NCBI RefSeq assembly: GCF_009914755.1
Contig: NC_060946.1
Strand: one strand, 5' to 3'
Length of the DNA: 64,000 bases
Origin: the human T2T-CHM13v2.0 reference genome, Homo sapiens
Shown here piece after piece: positions 39,301-53,000 of the stretch; position 1 is the stretch's first letter; every line of letters starts with the position of its first letter. Below the pieces are notes generated by a model. The model saw only the letters and a program-made list of their open reading frames with translations. It did not search any database and was not told where the DNA came from. Both the position numbers and the translations under genes were made by a program.

Positions 39301-40905
39301 CTAGATTTTATAGGAAGATATTCCCGTTTCCAACGAAATCTTCACAGCTATCCAAATATCCACTTGCAGATTCTACAAAAAGAGTGTATCAAAACTGCTC
39401 TGTCAAAAGGAAGGTTCTTCTCTGTTAGGTGAGTGCATACGTCATAAAGGAGTTTCTGAGAATGTTTCTGTCTAGTGGTTATGGGAAGATATTTGCTTTT
39501 TCACCGTAGGCCTCAGAGCGCTCCAAATATCCACTTGCACATACTACAAAAAGAGTGCCTCAAAGCTGCTCTCTGAAACGGAATGTTCAACTCTATGAGT
39601 TGAATGCAAACATCACAAAGACGTTTCTGAGAATGCTTCTGTCTAGATTTGATATGAAGATATTCCCGTTTCCAACGAAATCTTCAAATCTATCCAAATG
39701 TCCACTTGCAGATTCAACAAAAAGTGTTTTTCAGAACTGCTGTATCAAAAGAAAGATCCACGTCTGTTAGCTGAGTTCACACATCACAAACAAGTTTATG
39801 AGAATGCTTCTGTCTAGTTTTTATTTGAAGATATTTCCTTTCTCACCATAGACCTGAAAGCTGTCCTAATGTTCACTTCCAGATACTACAGAAAGAGTGT
39901 TTCAAAACTGCTGTACGAAAGGGAATGTTCAACTCTGTGACTTGAATGCACACATCACAAAGAAGTTTCTGAGGATGCTGCTGTCTACTTTTTATACGTA
40001 ATCCCGTTTCCAACGAAATCCTCCAAGCTATCCAAATATCCACTTGCAGATTCCACAGAAAGACTGTTTCAAAACTGCTCTGTCAATAGAAAGGTTCAAC
40101 TCTGTTAGCTGCGTGCATATATCCCAAAGAAGATTCTGAGATTGCTTCTGTCTAGTTTTTATGGGAAGATATTTCCCTTTTCACCGTAGGCGTCAAGGCG
40201 CTCCAAATGTCCACTTCCAGATACTACAAAAAGAGTGTTTCAAACCTACTCTGTGAAAGGGAATATTCAACTCTGTGACTTGAATGCACATATCACAAAG
40301 AAGTTTCTGAGAATGCTTCTGTCGAGATTTTATATGAAGATATTCCCGTTTCCAACGAAATCCTGAAATCTATCCAAATATCCCCTCGCAGATTCTACAA
40401 AAAGAGTGTTTCAAAACTGCTCTGTAAAAAGAAAGGTTCAACTCTGTTAGTTGAGTACACACATCACAAACAAGTTTCACAGAATGCTTCTTTCTAGCTT
40501 GTAGGGGAAGATATTCCCTTTATCACCATGGTCCTCAAACCGTCCGAAACGTCCACTTCCATATACTACAAAAAGAGCGTTTCAAACCTGCTCTAGGAAA
40601 GGCAATGTTCAACTCTGTGACTTGAATGCAGACATCACAGAACAGTTTCTGAGAATGCTTCTGTCTAGATTTTATAGGAAGATATTCCCGTTTCCAACGA
40701 AATCTTCAAATCTATCCAAATGTCCACTTGCAGATTCATCAAAAAGTGTTTTTCAGAACTGCTCTATCAAAAGAAAGATCCACCTCTGTTAGCTGAGTTC
40801 ACACATCACAAACAAGTTTATGAGAATGCTTCTGTCTAGTTTTTATTTGAAGATATTTCCTTTCTCACCATAGACCTGAAAGCTGTCCTAATGTTCACTT
40901 CCAGA
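30338..40905. repeat. Tandem copy of ~18407-30337 (offset 11,931 bp, then 10,568 bp after loss of one 1363-bp HOR)
   Basis: ORF offsets 19442->31373 and 24896->36827 (11931), then 27299->37867 and 28987->39555 (10568). Shared rare variants aattttcaaccc (25268/37199) and gagattccttc (28212/38780). Confidence 0.87.
39884..40905 (-). repeat. 6-mer HOR structural variant, copy 4
   Basis: Spacing 39555->41941 = 2386; junction at 40678-40708. Confidence 0.96.
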
Positions 40906-43900
40906 TACTACAGAAAGAGTGTTTCAAAACTGCTGTACGAAAGGGAATGTTCAACTCTGTGACTTGAATGCACACATCACAAAGAAGTTTCTGAGGATGC
41001 TGCTGTCTACTTTTTATACGTAATCCCGTTTCCAACGAAATCCTCCAAGCTATCCAAATATCCACTTGCAGATTCCACAGAAAGACTGTTTCAAAACTGC
41101 TCTGTCAATAGAAAGGTTCAACTCTGTTAGCTGCGTGCATATATCCCAAAGAAGATTCTGAGATTGCTTCTGTCTAGTTTTTATGGGAAGATATTTCCCT
41201 TTTCACCGTAGGCGTCAAGGCGCTCCAAATGTCCACTTCCAGATACTACAAAAAGAGTGTTTCAAACCTACTCTGTGAAAGCGAATATTCAACTCTGTGA
41301 CTTGAATGCACATATCACAAAGAAGTTTCTGAGAATGCTTCTGTCGAGATTTTATATGAAGATATTCCCGTTTCCAACGAAATCCTGAAATCTATCCAAA
41401 TATCCCCTCGCAGATTCTACAAAAAGAGTGTTTCAAAACTGCTCTGTAAAAAGAAAGGTTCAACTCTGTTAGTTGAGTACACACATCACAAACAAGTTTC
41501 ACAGAATGCTTCTTTCTAGCTTGTAGGGGAAGATATTCCCTTTATCACCATGGGCCTCCAACCGTCCGAAACGTCCACTTCCATATACTACCAAAAGAGC
41601 GTTTCAAACCTGCTCTAGGAAAGGCAATGTTCAACTCTGTGACTTGAATGCAGACATCACAGAGCAGTTTCTGAGAATGCTTCTGTCTAGATTTTATAGG
41701 AAGATATTCCCGTTTCCAACGAAATCTTCACAGCTATCCAAATATCCACTTGCAGATTCTACAAAAAGAGTGTATCAAAACTGCTCTGTCAAAAGGAAGG
41801 TTCTTCTCTGTTAGGTGAGTGCATACGTCATAAAGGAGTTTCTGAGAATGTTTCTGTCTAGTGGTTATGGGAAGATATTTGCTTTTTCACCGTAGGCCTC
41901 AGAGCGCTCCAAATATCCACTTGCACATACTACAAAAAGAGTGCCTCAAAGCTGCTCTCTGAAACGGAATGTTCAACTCTATGAGTTGAATGCAAACATC
42001 ACAAAGACGTTTCTGAGAATGCTTCTGTCTAGATTTGATATGAAGATATTCCCGTTTCCAACGAAATCTTCAAATCTATCCAAATGTCCACTTGCAGATT
42101 CAACAAAAAGTGTTTTTCAGAACTGCTCTATCAAAAGAAAGATCCACCTCTGTTAGCTGAGTTCACACATCACAAACAAGTTTATGAGAATGCTTCTGTC
42201 TAGTTTTTATTTGAAGATATTTCCTTTCTCACCATAGACCTGAAAGCTGTCCTAATGTTCACTTCCAGATACTACAGAAAGAGTGTTTAAAAACTGCTGT
42301 ACGAAAGGGAATGTTCAACTCTGTGACTTGAATGCACACATCACAAAGAAGTTTCTGAGGATGCTGCTGTCTACTTTTTATACGTAATCCCGTTTCCAAC
42401 GAAATCCTCCAAGCTATCCAAATATCCACTTGCAGATTCCACAGAAAGACTGTTTCAAAACTGCTCTGTCAATAGAAAGGTTCAACTCTGTTAGCTGCGT
42501 GCATATATCCCAAAGAAGATTCTGAGATTGCTTCTGTCTAGTTTTTATGGGAAGATATTTCCCTTTTCACCGTAGGCGTCAAGGCGCTCCAAATGTCCAC
42601 TTCCAGATACTACAAAAAGAGTGTTTCAAACCTACTCTGTGAAAGGGAATATTCAACTCTGTGACTTGAATGCACATATCACAAAGAAGTTTCTGAGAAT
42701 GCTTCTGTCGAGATTTTATATGAAGATGTTCCCGTTTCCAACGAAATCCTGAAATCTATCCAAATATCACCTCGCAGATTCTACAAAAAGAGTGTTTCAA
42801 AACTGCTCTGTAAAAAGAAAGTTTCAACTCTGTTACTTGAGTACACACATCACAAACAAGTTTCACAGAATGCTTCTTTCTAGCTTGTAGGGGAAGATAT
42901 TCCCTTTATCACCATGGTCCTCAAACCGTCCGAAACGTCCACTTCCATATACTACAAAAAGAGCGTTTCAAACCTGCTCTATGAAAGGCAATGTTCAACT
43001 CTGTGACTTGAATGCAGACATCACAGAGCAGTTTCTGAGAATGCTTCTGTCTAGATTTTATAGGAAGATATTCCCGTTTCCAACGAAATCTTCACAGCTA
43101 TCCAAATATCCACTTGCAGATTCTACAAAAAGAGTGTATCAAAACTGCTCTGTCAAAAGGAAGGTTCTTCTCTGTTAGGTGAGTGCATACGTCATAAAGG
43201 AGTTTCTGAGAATGTTTCTGTCTAGTGGTTATGGGAAGATATTTGCTTTTTCACCGTAGTCCTCAGAGCGCTCCAAATATCCACTTGCACATACTACAAA
43301 AAGAGTGCCTCAAAGCTGCTCTCTGAAACGGAATGTTCAACTCTATGAGTTGAATGCAAACATCACAAAGACGTTTCTGAGAATGCTTCTGTCTAGATTT
43401 GATATGAAGATATTCCCGTTTCCAACGAAATCTTCAAATCTATCCAAATGTCCACTTGCAGATTCAACAAAAAGTGTTTTTCAGAACTGCTCTATCAAAA
43501 GAAAGATCCACCTCTGTTAGCTGAGTTCACACATCACAAACAAGTTTATGAGAATGCTTCTGTCTAGTTTTTATTTGAAGATATTTCCTTTCTCACCATA
43601 GACCTGAAAGCTGTCCTAATGTTCACTTCCAGATACTACAGAAAGAGTGTTTCAAAACTGCTGTACGAAAGGGAATGTTCAACTCTGTGACTTGAATGCA
43701 CACATCACAAAGAAGTTTCTGAGGATGCTGCTGTCTACTTTTTATACGTAATCCCGTTTCCAACGAAATCCTCCAAGCTATCCAAATATCCACTTGCAGA
43801 TTCCACAGAAAGACTGTTTCAAAACTGCTCTGTCAATAGAAAGGTTCAACTCTGTTAGCTGCGTGCATATATCCCAAAGAAGATTCTGAGATTGCTTCTG

Positions 43901-45684
43901 TCTAGTTTTTATGGGAAGATATTTCCCTTTTCACCGTAGGTGTCAAGGCGCTCCAAATGTCCACTTCCAGATACTACAAAAAGAGTGTTTCAAACCTACT
44001 CTGTGAAAAGGAATATTCAACTCTGTGACTTGAATGCAGATATCACAAAGAAGTTTCTGAGAATGCTTCTGTCGAGATTTTATATGAAGATATTCCCGTT
44101 TCCAACGAAATCCTGAAATCTATCCAAATATCCCCTCGCAGATTCTACAAAAAGAGTGTTTCAAAACTGCTCTGTAAAAAGAAAGGTTCAACTCTGTTAG
44201 TTGAGTACACACATCACAAACAAGTTTCACAGAATGCTTCTTTCTAGCTTGTAGGGGAAGATATTCCCTTTATCACCATGGGCCTCCAACCGTCCGAAAC
44301 GTCCACTTCCATATACTACAAAAAGAGCGTTTCAAACCTGCTCTAGGAAAGGCAATGTTCAACTCTGTGACTTGAATGCAGACATCACAGAGCAGTTTCT
44401 GAGAATGCTTCTGTCTAGATTTTATAGGAAGATATTCCCGTTTCCAACGAAATCTTCACAGCTATCCAAATATCCACTTGCAGATTCTACAAAAAGAGTG
44501 TATCAAAACTGCTCTGTCAAAAGGAAGGTTCTTCTCTGTTAGGTGAGTGCATACGTCATAAAGGAGTTTCTGACAATGTTTCTGTCTAGTGGTTATGGGA
44601 AGATATTTCCTTTTTCACCGTAGGCCTCAGAGCGCTCCAAATATCCACTTGCACATACTACAAAAAGAGTGCCTCAAAGCTGCTCTTTGAAACGGAATGT
44701 TCAACTCTATGAGTTGAATGCAAACATCACAAAGACGTTTCTGAGAATGCTTCTGTCTAGATTTGATATGAAGATATTCCCGTTTCCAACGAAATCTTCA
44801 AATCTATCCAAATGTCCACTTGCAGATTCAACAAAAAGTGTTTTTCAGAACTGCTCTATCAAAAGAAAGATCCACATCTGTTAGCTGAGTTCACACATCA
44901 CAAACAAGTTTATGAGAATGCTTCTGTCTAGTTTTTATTTGAAGATATTTCCTTTCTCACCATAGACCTGAAAGCTGTCCTAATGTTCACTTCCAGATAC
45001 TACAGAAAGAGTGTTTCAAAACTGCTGTATGAAAGGGAATGTTGAACTCTGTGACTTGAATGCACACATCACAAAGAAGTTTCTGAGGATGCTGCTGTCT
45101 ACTTTTTATATGTAATCCCGTTTCCAACGAAATCCTCCAAGCTATCCAAATATCCACTTGCAGATTCCACAGAAAGACTGTTTCAAAACTGCTCTGTCAA
45201 TAGAAAGGTTCAACTCTGTTAGCTGCGTGCATATATCCCAAAGAAGATTCTGAGATTGCTTCTGTCTAGTTTTTATGGGAAGATATTTCCCTTTTCACCG
45301 TAGGCGTCAAGGCGCTCCAAATGTCCACTTCCAGATACTACAAAAAGAGTGTTTCAAACCTACTCTGTGAAAGGGAATATTCAACTCTGTGACTTGAATG
45401 CACATATCACAAAGAAGTTTCTGATAATGCTTCTGTCGAGATTTTATATGAAGATATTCCCGTTTCCAACGAAATCCTGAAATCTATCCAAATATCCCCT
45501 CGCAGATTCTACAAAAAGAGTGTTTCAAAACTGCTCTGTAAAAAGAAAGGTTCAACTCTGTTAGTTGAGTACACACATCACAAACAAGTTTCACAGAATG
45601 CTTCTTTCTAGCTTGTAGGGGAAGATATTCCCTTTATCACCATGGGCCTCCAACCGTCCGAAACGTCCACTTCCATATACTACC

Positions 45685-48600
45685 AAAAGAGCGTTTCAAA
45701 CCTGCTCTAGGAAAGGCAATGTTCAACTCTGTGACTTGAATGCAGACATCACAGAGCAGTTTCTGAGAATGCTTCTGTCTAGATTTTATAGGAAGATATT
45801 CCCGTTTCCAACGAAATCTTCACAGCTATCCAAATATCCACTTGCAGATTCTACAAAAAGAGTGTATCAAAACTGCTCTGTCAAAAGGAAGGTTCTTCTC
45901 TGTTAGGTGAGTGCATACGTCATAAAGGAGTTTCTGAGAATGTTTCTGTCTAGTGGTTATGGGAAGATATTTGCTTTTTCACCGTAGGCCTCAGAGCGCT
46001 CCAAATATCCACTTGCACATACTACAAAAAGAGTGCCTCAAAGCTGCTCTCTGAAACGGAATGTTCAACTCTATGAGTTGAATGCAAACATCACAAAGAC
46101 GTTTCTGAGAATGCTTCTGTCTAGATTTGATATGAAGATATTCCCGTTTCCAACGAAATCTTCAAATCTATCCAAATGTCCACTTGCAGATTCAACAAAA
46201 AGTGTTTTTCAGAACTGCTCTATCAAAAGAAAGATCCACCTCTGTTAGCTGAGTTCACACATCCAAACAAGTTTATGAGAATGCTTCTGTCTAGTTTTTA
46301 TTTGAAGATATTTCCTTTCTCACCATAGACCTGAAAGCTGTCCTAATGTTCACTTCCAGATACTACAGAAAGAGTGTTTCAAAACTGCTGTACGAAAGGG
46401 AATGTTCAACTCTGTGACTTGAATGCACACATCACAAAGAAGTTTCTGAGGATGCTGCTGTCTACTTTTTATACGTAATCCCGTTTCCAACGAAATCCTC
46501 CAAGCTATCCAAATATCCACTTGCAGATTCCACAGAAAGACTGTTTCAAAACTGCTCTGTCAATAGAAAGGTTCAACTCTGTTAGCTGCGTGCATATATC
46601 CCAAAGAAGATTCTGAGATTGCTTCTGTCTAGTTTTTATGGGAAGATATTTCCCTTTTCACCGTAGGTGTCAAGGCGCTCCAAATGTCCACTTCCAGATA
46701 CTACAAAAAGAGTGTTTCAAACCTACTCTGTGAAAAGGAATATTCAACTCTGTGACTTGAATGCAGATATCACAAAGAAGTTTCTGAGAATGCTTCTGTC
46801 GAGATTTTATATGAAGATATTCCCGTTTCCAACGAAATCCTGAAATCTATCCAAATATCCCCTCGCAGATTCTACAAAAAGAGTGTTTCAAAACTGCTCT
46901 GTAAAAAGAAAGGTTCAACTCTGTTAGTTGAGTACACACATCACAAACAAGTTTCACAGAATGCTTCTTTCTAGCTTGTAGGGGAAGATATTCCCTTTAT
47001 CACCATGGGCCTCCAACCGTCCGAAACGTCCACTTCCATATACTACAAAAAGAGCGTTTCAAACCTGCTCTAGGAAAGGCAATGTTCAACTCTGTGACTT
47101 GAATGCAGACATCACAGAGCAGTTTCTGAGAATGCTTCTGTCTAGATTTTATAGGAAGATATTCCCGTTTCCAACGAAATCTTCACAGCTATCCAAATAT
47201 CCACTTGCAGATTCTACAAAAAGAGTGTATCAAAACTGCTCTGTCAAAAGGAAGGTTCTTCTCTGTTAGGTGAGTGCATACGTCATAAAGGAGTTTCTGA
47301 GAATGTTTCTGTCTAGTGGTTATGGGAAGATATTTGCTTTTTCACCGTAGGCCTCAGAGCGCTCCAAATATCCACTTGCACATACTACAAAAAGAGTGCC
47401 TCAAAGCTGCTCTCTGAAACGGAATGTTCAACTCTATGAGTTGAATGCAAACATCACAAAGACGTTTCTGAGAATGCTTCTGTCTAGATTTGATATGAAG
47501 ATATTCCCGTTTCCAACGAAATCTTCAAATCTATCCAAATGTCCACTTGCAGATTCAACAAAAAGTGTTTTTCAGAACTGCTCTATCAAAAGAAAGATCC
47601 ACCTCTGTTAGCTGAGTTCACACATCCAAACAAGTTTATGAGAATGCTTCTGTCTAGTTTTTATTTGAAGATATTTCCTTTCTCACCATAGACCTGAAAG
47701 CTGTCCTAATGTTCACTTCCAGATACTACAGAAAGAGTGTTTCAAAACTGCTGTACGAAAGGGAATGTTCAACTCTGTGACTTGAATGCACACATCACAA
47801 AGAAGTTTCTGAGGATGCTGCTGTCTACTTTTTATACGTAATCCCGTTTCCAACGAAATCCTCCAAGCTATCCAAATATCCACTTGCAGATTCCACAGAA
47901 AGACTGTTTCAAAACTGCTCTGTCAATAGAAAGGTTCAACTCTGTTAGCTGCGTGCATATATCCCAAAGAAGATTCTGAGATTGCTTCTGTCTAGTTTTT
48001 ATGGGAAGATATTTCCCTTTTCACCGTAGGTGTCAAGGCGCTCCAAATGTCCACTTCCAGATACTACAAAAAGAGTGTTTCAAACCTACTCTGTGAAAAG
48101 GAATATTCAACTCTGTGACTTGAATGCAGATATCACAAAGAAGTTTCTGAGAATGCTTCTGTCGAGATTTTATATGAAGATATTCCCGTTTCCAACGAAA
48201 TCCTGAAATCTATCCAAATATCCCCTCGCAGATTCTACAAAAAGAGTGTTTCAAAACTGCTCTGTAAAAAGAAAGGTTCAACTCTGTTAGTTGAGTACAC
48301 ACATCACAAACAAGTTTCACAGAATGCTTCTTTCTAGCTTGTAGGGGAAGATATTCCCTTTATCACCATGGGCCTCCAACCGTCCGAAACGTCCACTTCC
48401 ATATACTACAAAAAGAGCGTTTCAAACCTGCTCTAGGAAAGGCAATGTTCAACTCTGTGACTTGAATGCAGACATCACAGAGCAGTTTCTGAGAATGCTT
48501 CTGTCTAGATTTTATAGGAAGATATTCCCGTTTCCAACGAAATCTTCACAGCTATCCAAATATCCACTTGCAGATTCTACAAAAAGAGTGTATCAAAACT

Positions 48601-50061
48601 GCTCTGTCAAAAGGAAGGTTCTTCTCTGTTAGGTGAGTGCATACGTCATAAAGGAGTTTCTGAGAATGTTTCTGTCTAGTGGTTATGGGAAGATATTTGC
48701 TTTTTCACCGTAGGCCTCAGAGCGCTCCAAATATCCACTTGCACATACTACAAAAAGAGTGCCTCAAAGCTGCTCTCTGAAACGGAATGTTCAACTCTAT
48801 GAGTTGAATGCAAACATCACAAAGACGTTTCTGAGAATGCTTCTGTCTAGATTTGATATGAAGATATTCCCGTTTCCAACGAAATCTTCAAATCTATCCA
48901 AATGTCCACTTGCAGATTCAACAAAAAGTGTTTTTCAGAACTGCTCTATCAAAAGAAAGATCCACCTCTGTTAGCTGAGTTCACACATCCAAACAAGTTT
49001 ATGAGAATGCTTCTGTCTAGTTTTTATTTGAAGATATTTCCTTTCTCACCATAGACCTGAAAGCTGTCCTAATGTTCACTTCCAGATACTACAGAAAGAG
49101 TGTTTCAAAACTGCTGTACGAAAGGGAATGTTCAACTCTGTGACTTGAATGCACACATCACAAAGAAGTTTCTGAGGATGCTGCTGTCTACTTTTTATAC
49201 GTAATCCCGTTTCCAACGAAATCCTCCAAGCTATCCAAATATCCACTTGCAGATTCCACAGAAAGACTGTTTCAAAACTGCTCTGTCAATAGAAAGGTTC
49301 AACTCTGTTAGCTGCGTGCATATATCCCAAAGAAGATTCTGAGATTGCTTCTGTCTAGTTTTTATGGGAAGATATTTCCCTTTTCACCGTAGGTGTCAAG
49401 GCGCTCCAAATGTCCACTTCCAGATACTACAAAAAGAGTGTTTCAAACCTACTCTGTGAAAAGGAATATTCAACTCTGTGACTTGAATGCAGATATCACA
49501 AAGAAGTTTCTGAGAATGCTTCTGTCGAGATTTTATATGAAGATATTCCCGTTTCCAACGAAATCCTGAAATCTATCCAAATATCCCCTCGCAGATTCTA
49601 CAAAAAGAGTGTTTCAAAACTGCTCTGTAAAAAGAAAGGTTCAACTCTGTTAGTTGAGTACACACATCACAAACAAGTTTCACAGAATGCTTCTTTCTAG
49701 CTTGTAGGGGAAGATATTCCCTTTATCACCATGGGCCTCCAACCGTCCGAAACGTCCACTTCCATATACTACAAAAAGAGCGTTTCAAACCTGCTCTAGG
49801 AAAGGCAATGTTCAACTCTGTGACTTGAATGCAGACATCACAGAGCAGTTTCTGAGAATGCTTCTGTCTAGATTTTATAGGAAGATATTCCCGTTTCCAA
49901 CGAAATCTTCACAGCTATCCAAATATCCACTTGCAGATTCTACAAAAAGAGTGTATCAAAACTGCTCTGTCAAAAGGAAGGTTCTTCTCTGTTAGGTGAG
50001 TGCATACGTCATAAAGGAGTTTCTGAGAATGTTTCTGTCTAGTGGTTATGGGAAGATATTT
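45685..50061. repeat. Run of ~3.2 apparently identical 1363-bp HOR copies
   Basis: Three consecutive 1363 spacings (46033, 47396, 48759, 50122). No differences seen by eye between the bounding SNVs at 45684 and 50062. Confidence 0.8.
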
Positions 50062-53000
50062 CCTTTTTCACCGTAGGCCTCAGAGCGCTCCAAATATCCA
50101 CTTGCACATACTACAAAAAGAGTGCCTCAAAGCTGCTCTTTGAAACGGAATGTTCAACTCTATGAGTTGAATGCAAACATCACAAAGACGTTTCTGAGAA
50201 TGCTTCTGTCTAGATTTGATATGAAGATATTCCCGTTTCCAACGAAATCTTCAAATCTATCCAAATGTCCACTTGCAGATTCAACAAAAAGTGTTTTTCA
50301 GAACTGCTCTATCAAAAGAAAGATCCACATCTGTTAGCTGAGTTCACACATCACAAACAAGTTTATGAGAATGCTTCTGTCTAGTTTTTATTTGAAGATA
50401 TTTCCTTTCTCACCATAGACCTGAAAGCTGTCCTAATGTTCACTTCCAGATACTACAGAAAGAGTGTTTCAAAACTGCTGTATGAAAGGGAATGTTGAAC
50501 TCTGTGACTTGAATGCACACATCACAAAGAAGTTTCTGAGGATGCTGCTGTCTACTTTTTATATGTAATCCCGTTTCCAACGAAATCCTCCAAGCTATCC
50601 AAATATCCACTTGCAGATTCCACAGAAAGACTGTTTCAAAACTGCTCTGTCAATAGAAAGGTTCAACTCTGTTAGCTGCGTGCATATATCCCAAAGAAGA
50701 TTCTGAGATTGCTTCTGTCTAGTTTTTATGGGAAGATATTTCCCTTTTCACCGTAGGCGTCAAGGCGCTCCAAATGTCCACTTCCAGATACTACAAAAAG
50801 AGTGTTTCAAACCTACTCTGTGAAAGGGAATATTCAACTCTGTGACTTGAATGCACATATCACAAAGAAGTTTCTGATAATGCTTCTGTCGAGATTTTAT
50901 ATGAAGATATTCCCGTTTCCAACGAAATCCTGAAATCTATCCAAATATCCCCTCGCAGATTCTACAAAAAGAGTGTTTCAAAACTGTTCTGTAAAAAGAA
51001 AGGTTCAACTCTGTTAGTTGAGTACACACATCACAAACAAGTATCACAGAATGCTTCTTTCTAGCTTGTAGGGGAAGATATTCCCTTTATCACCATGGGC
51101 CTCAAACCGTCCGAAACGTCCACTTCCATATACTTCAAAAAGAGCGTTTCAAACCTGCTCTATGAAAGGCAATGTTCAACTCTGTGACTTGAATGCAGAC
51201 ATCACAGAGCTGTTTATGAGAATGCTTCTGTCTAGATTTTATAGGATGATATTCCCGTTTCCAACGAAATCTTCACAGCTATCCAAATATCCACTTGCAG
51301 ATTCTACAAAAAGAGTGTATCCAAACTGCTCTGGCAAAAGGAAGGTTCTTCTCTGTTAGGTGAGTGCATACGTCATAAAGGAGTTTCTGAGAATGTTTCT
51401 GTCTAGTGGTTATGGGAAGATATTTGCTTTTTCACCGTAGGCCTCAGAGCGCTCCAAATATCCACTTGCACATACTACAAAAAGAGTGCCTCAAAGCTGC
51501 TCTCTGAAATGGAATGTTCAACTCTATGAGTTGAATGCAAACATCACAAAGACGTTTCTGAGAATGCTTCTGTCTAGATTTGATATGAAGATATTCCCGT
51601 TTCCAACGAAATCTTCAAATCTATCCAAATGTCCACTTGCAGATTCAACAAAAAGTGTTTTTCAGAACTGCTCTATCAAAAGAAAGATCCACCTCTGTTA
51701 GCTGAGTTCACACATCCAAACAAGTTTATGAGAATGCTTCTGTCTAGTTTTTATTTGAAGATATTTCCTTTCTCACCATAGACCTGAAAGCTGTCCTAAT
51801 GTTCACTTCCAGATACTACAGAAAGAGTGTTTCAAAACTGCTGTACGAAAGGGAATGTTCAACTCTGTGACTTGAATGCACACATCACAAAGAAGTTTCT
51901 GAGGATGCTGCTGTCTACTTTTTATACGTAATCCCGTTTCCAACGAAATCCTCCAAGCTATCCAAATATCCACTTGCAGATTCCACAGAAAGACTGTTTC
52001 AAAACTGCTCTGTCAATAGAAAGGTTCAACTCTGTTAGCTGCGTGCATATATCCCAAAGAAGATTCTGAGATTGCTTCTGTCTAGTTTTTATGGGAAGAT
52101 ATTTCCCTTTTCACCGTAGGCGTCAAGGCGCTCCAAATGTCCACTTCCAGATACTACAAAAAGAGTGTTTCAAACCTACTCTGTGAAAGGGAATATTCAA
52201 CTCTGTGACTTGAATGCACATATCACAAAGAAGTTTCTGATAATGCTTCTGTCGAGATTTTATATGAAGATATTCCCGTTTCCAACGAAATCCTGAAATC
52301 TATCCAAATATCCCCTCGCAGATTCTACAAAAAGAGTGTTTCAAAACTGCTCTGTAAAAAGAAAGGTTCAACTCTGTTAGTTGAGTACACACATCACAAA
52401 CAAGTTTCACAGAATGCTTCTTTCTAGCTTGTAGGGGAAGATATTCCCTTTATCACCATGGGCCTCCAACCGTCCGAAACATCCACTTCCATATACTACA
52501 AAAAGAGCGTTTCAAACCTGCTCTATGAAAGGCAATGTTCAACTCTGTGACTTGAATGCAGACATCACAGAGCAGTTTCTGAGAATGCTTCTGTCTAGAT
52601 TTTATAGGAAGATATTCCCGTTTCCAACGAAATCTTCACAGCTATCCAAATATCCACTTGCAGATTCTACAAAAGGAGTGTATCAAAACTGCTCTGTCAA
52701 AAGGAAGGTTCTTCTCTGTTAGGTGAGTGCATACGTCATAAAGGAGTTTCTGAGAATGTTTCTGTCTAGTGGTTATGGGAAGATATTTGCTTTTTCACCG
52801 TAGGCCTCAGAGCGCTCCAAATATCCACTTGCACATACTACAAAAAGAGTGCCTCAAAGCTGCTCTCTGAAACGGAATGTTCAACTCTATGAGTTGAATG
52901 CAAACATCACAAAGACGTTTCTGAGAATGCTTCTGTCTAGATTTGATATGAAGATATTCCCGTTTCCAACGAAATCTTCAAATCTATCCAAATGTCCACT

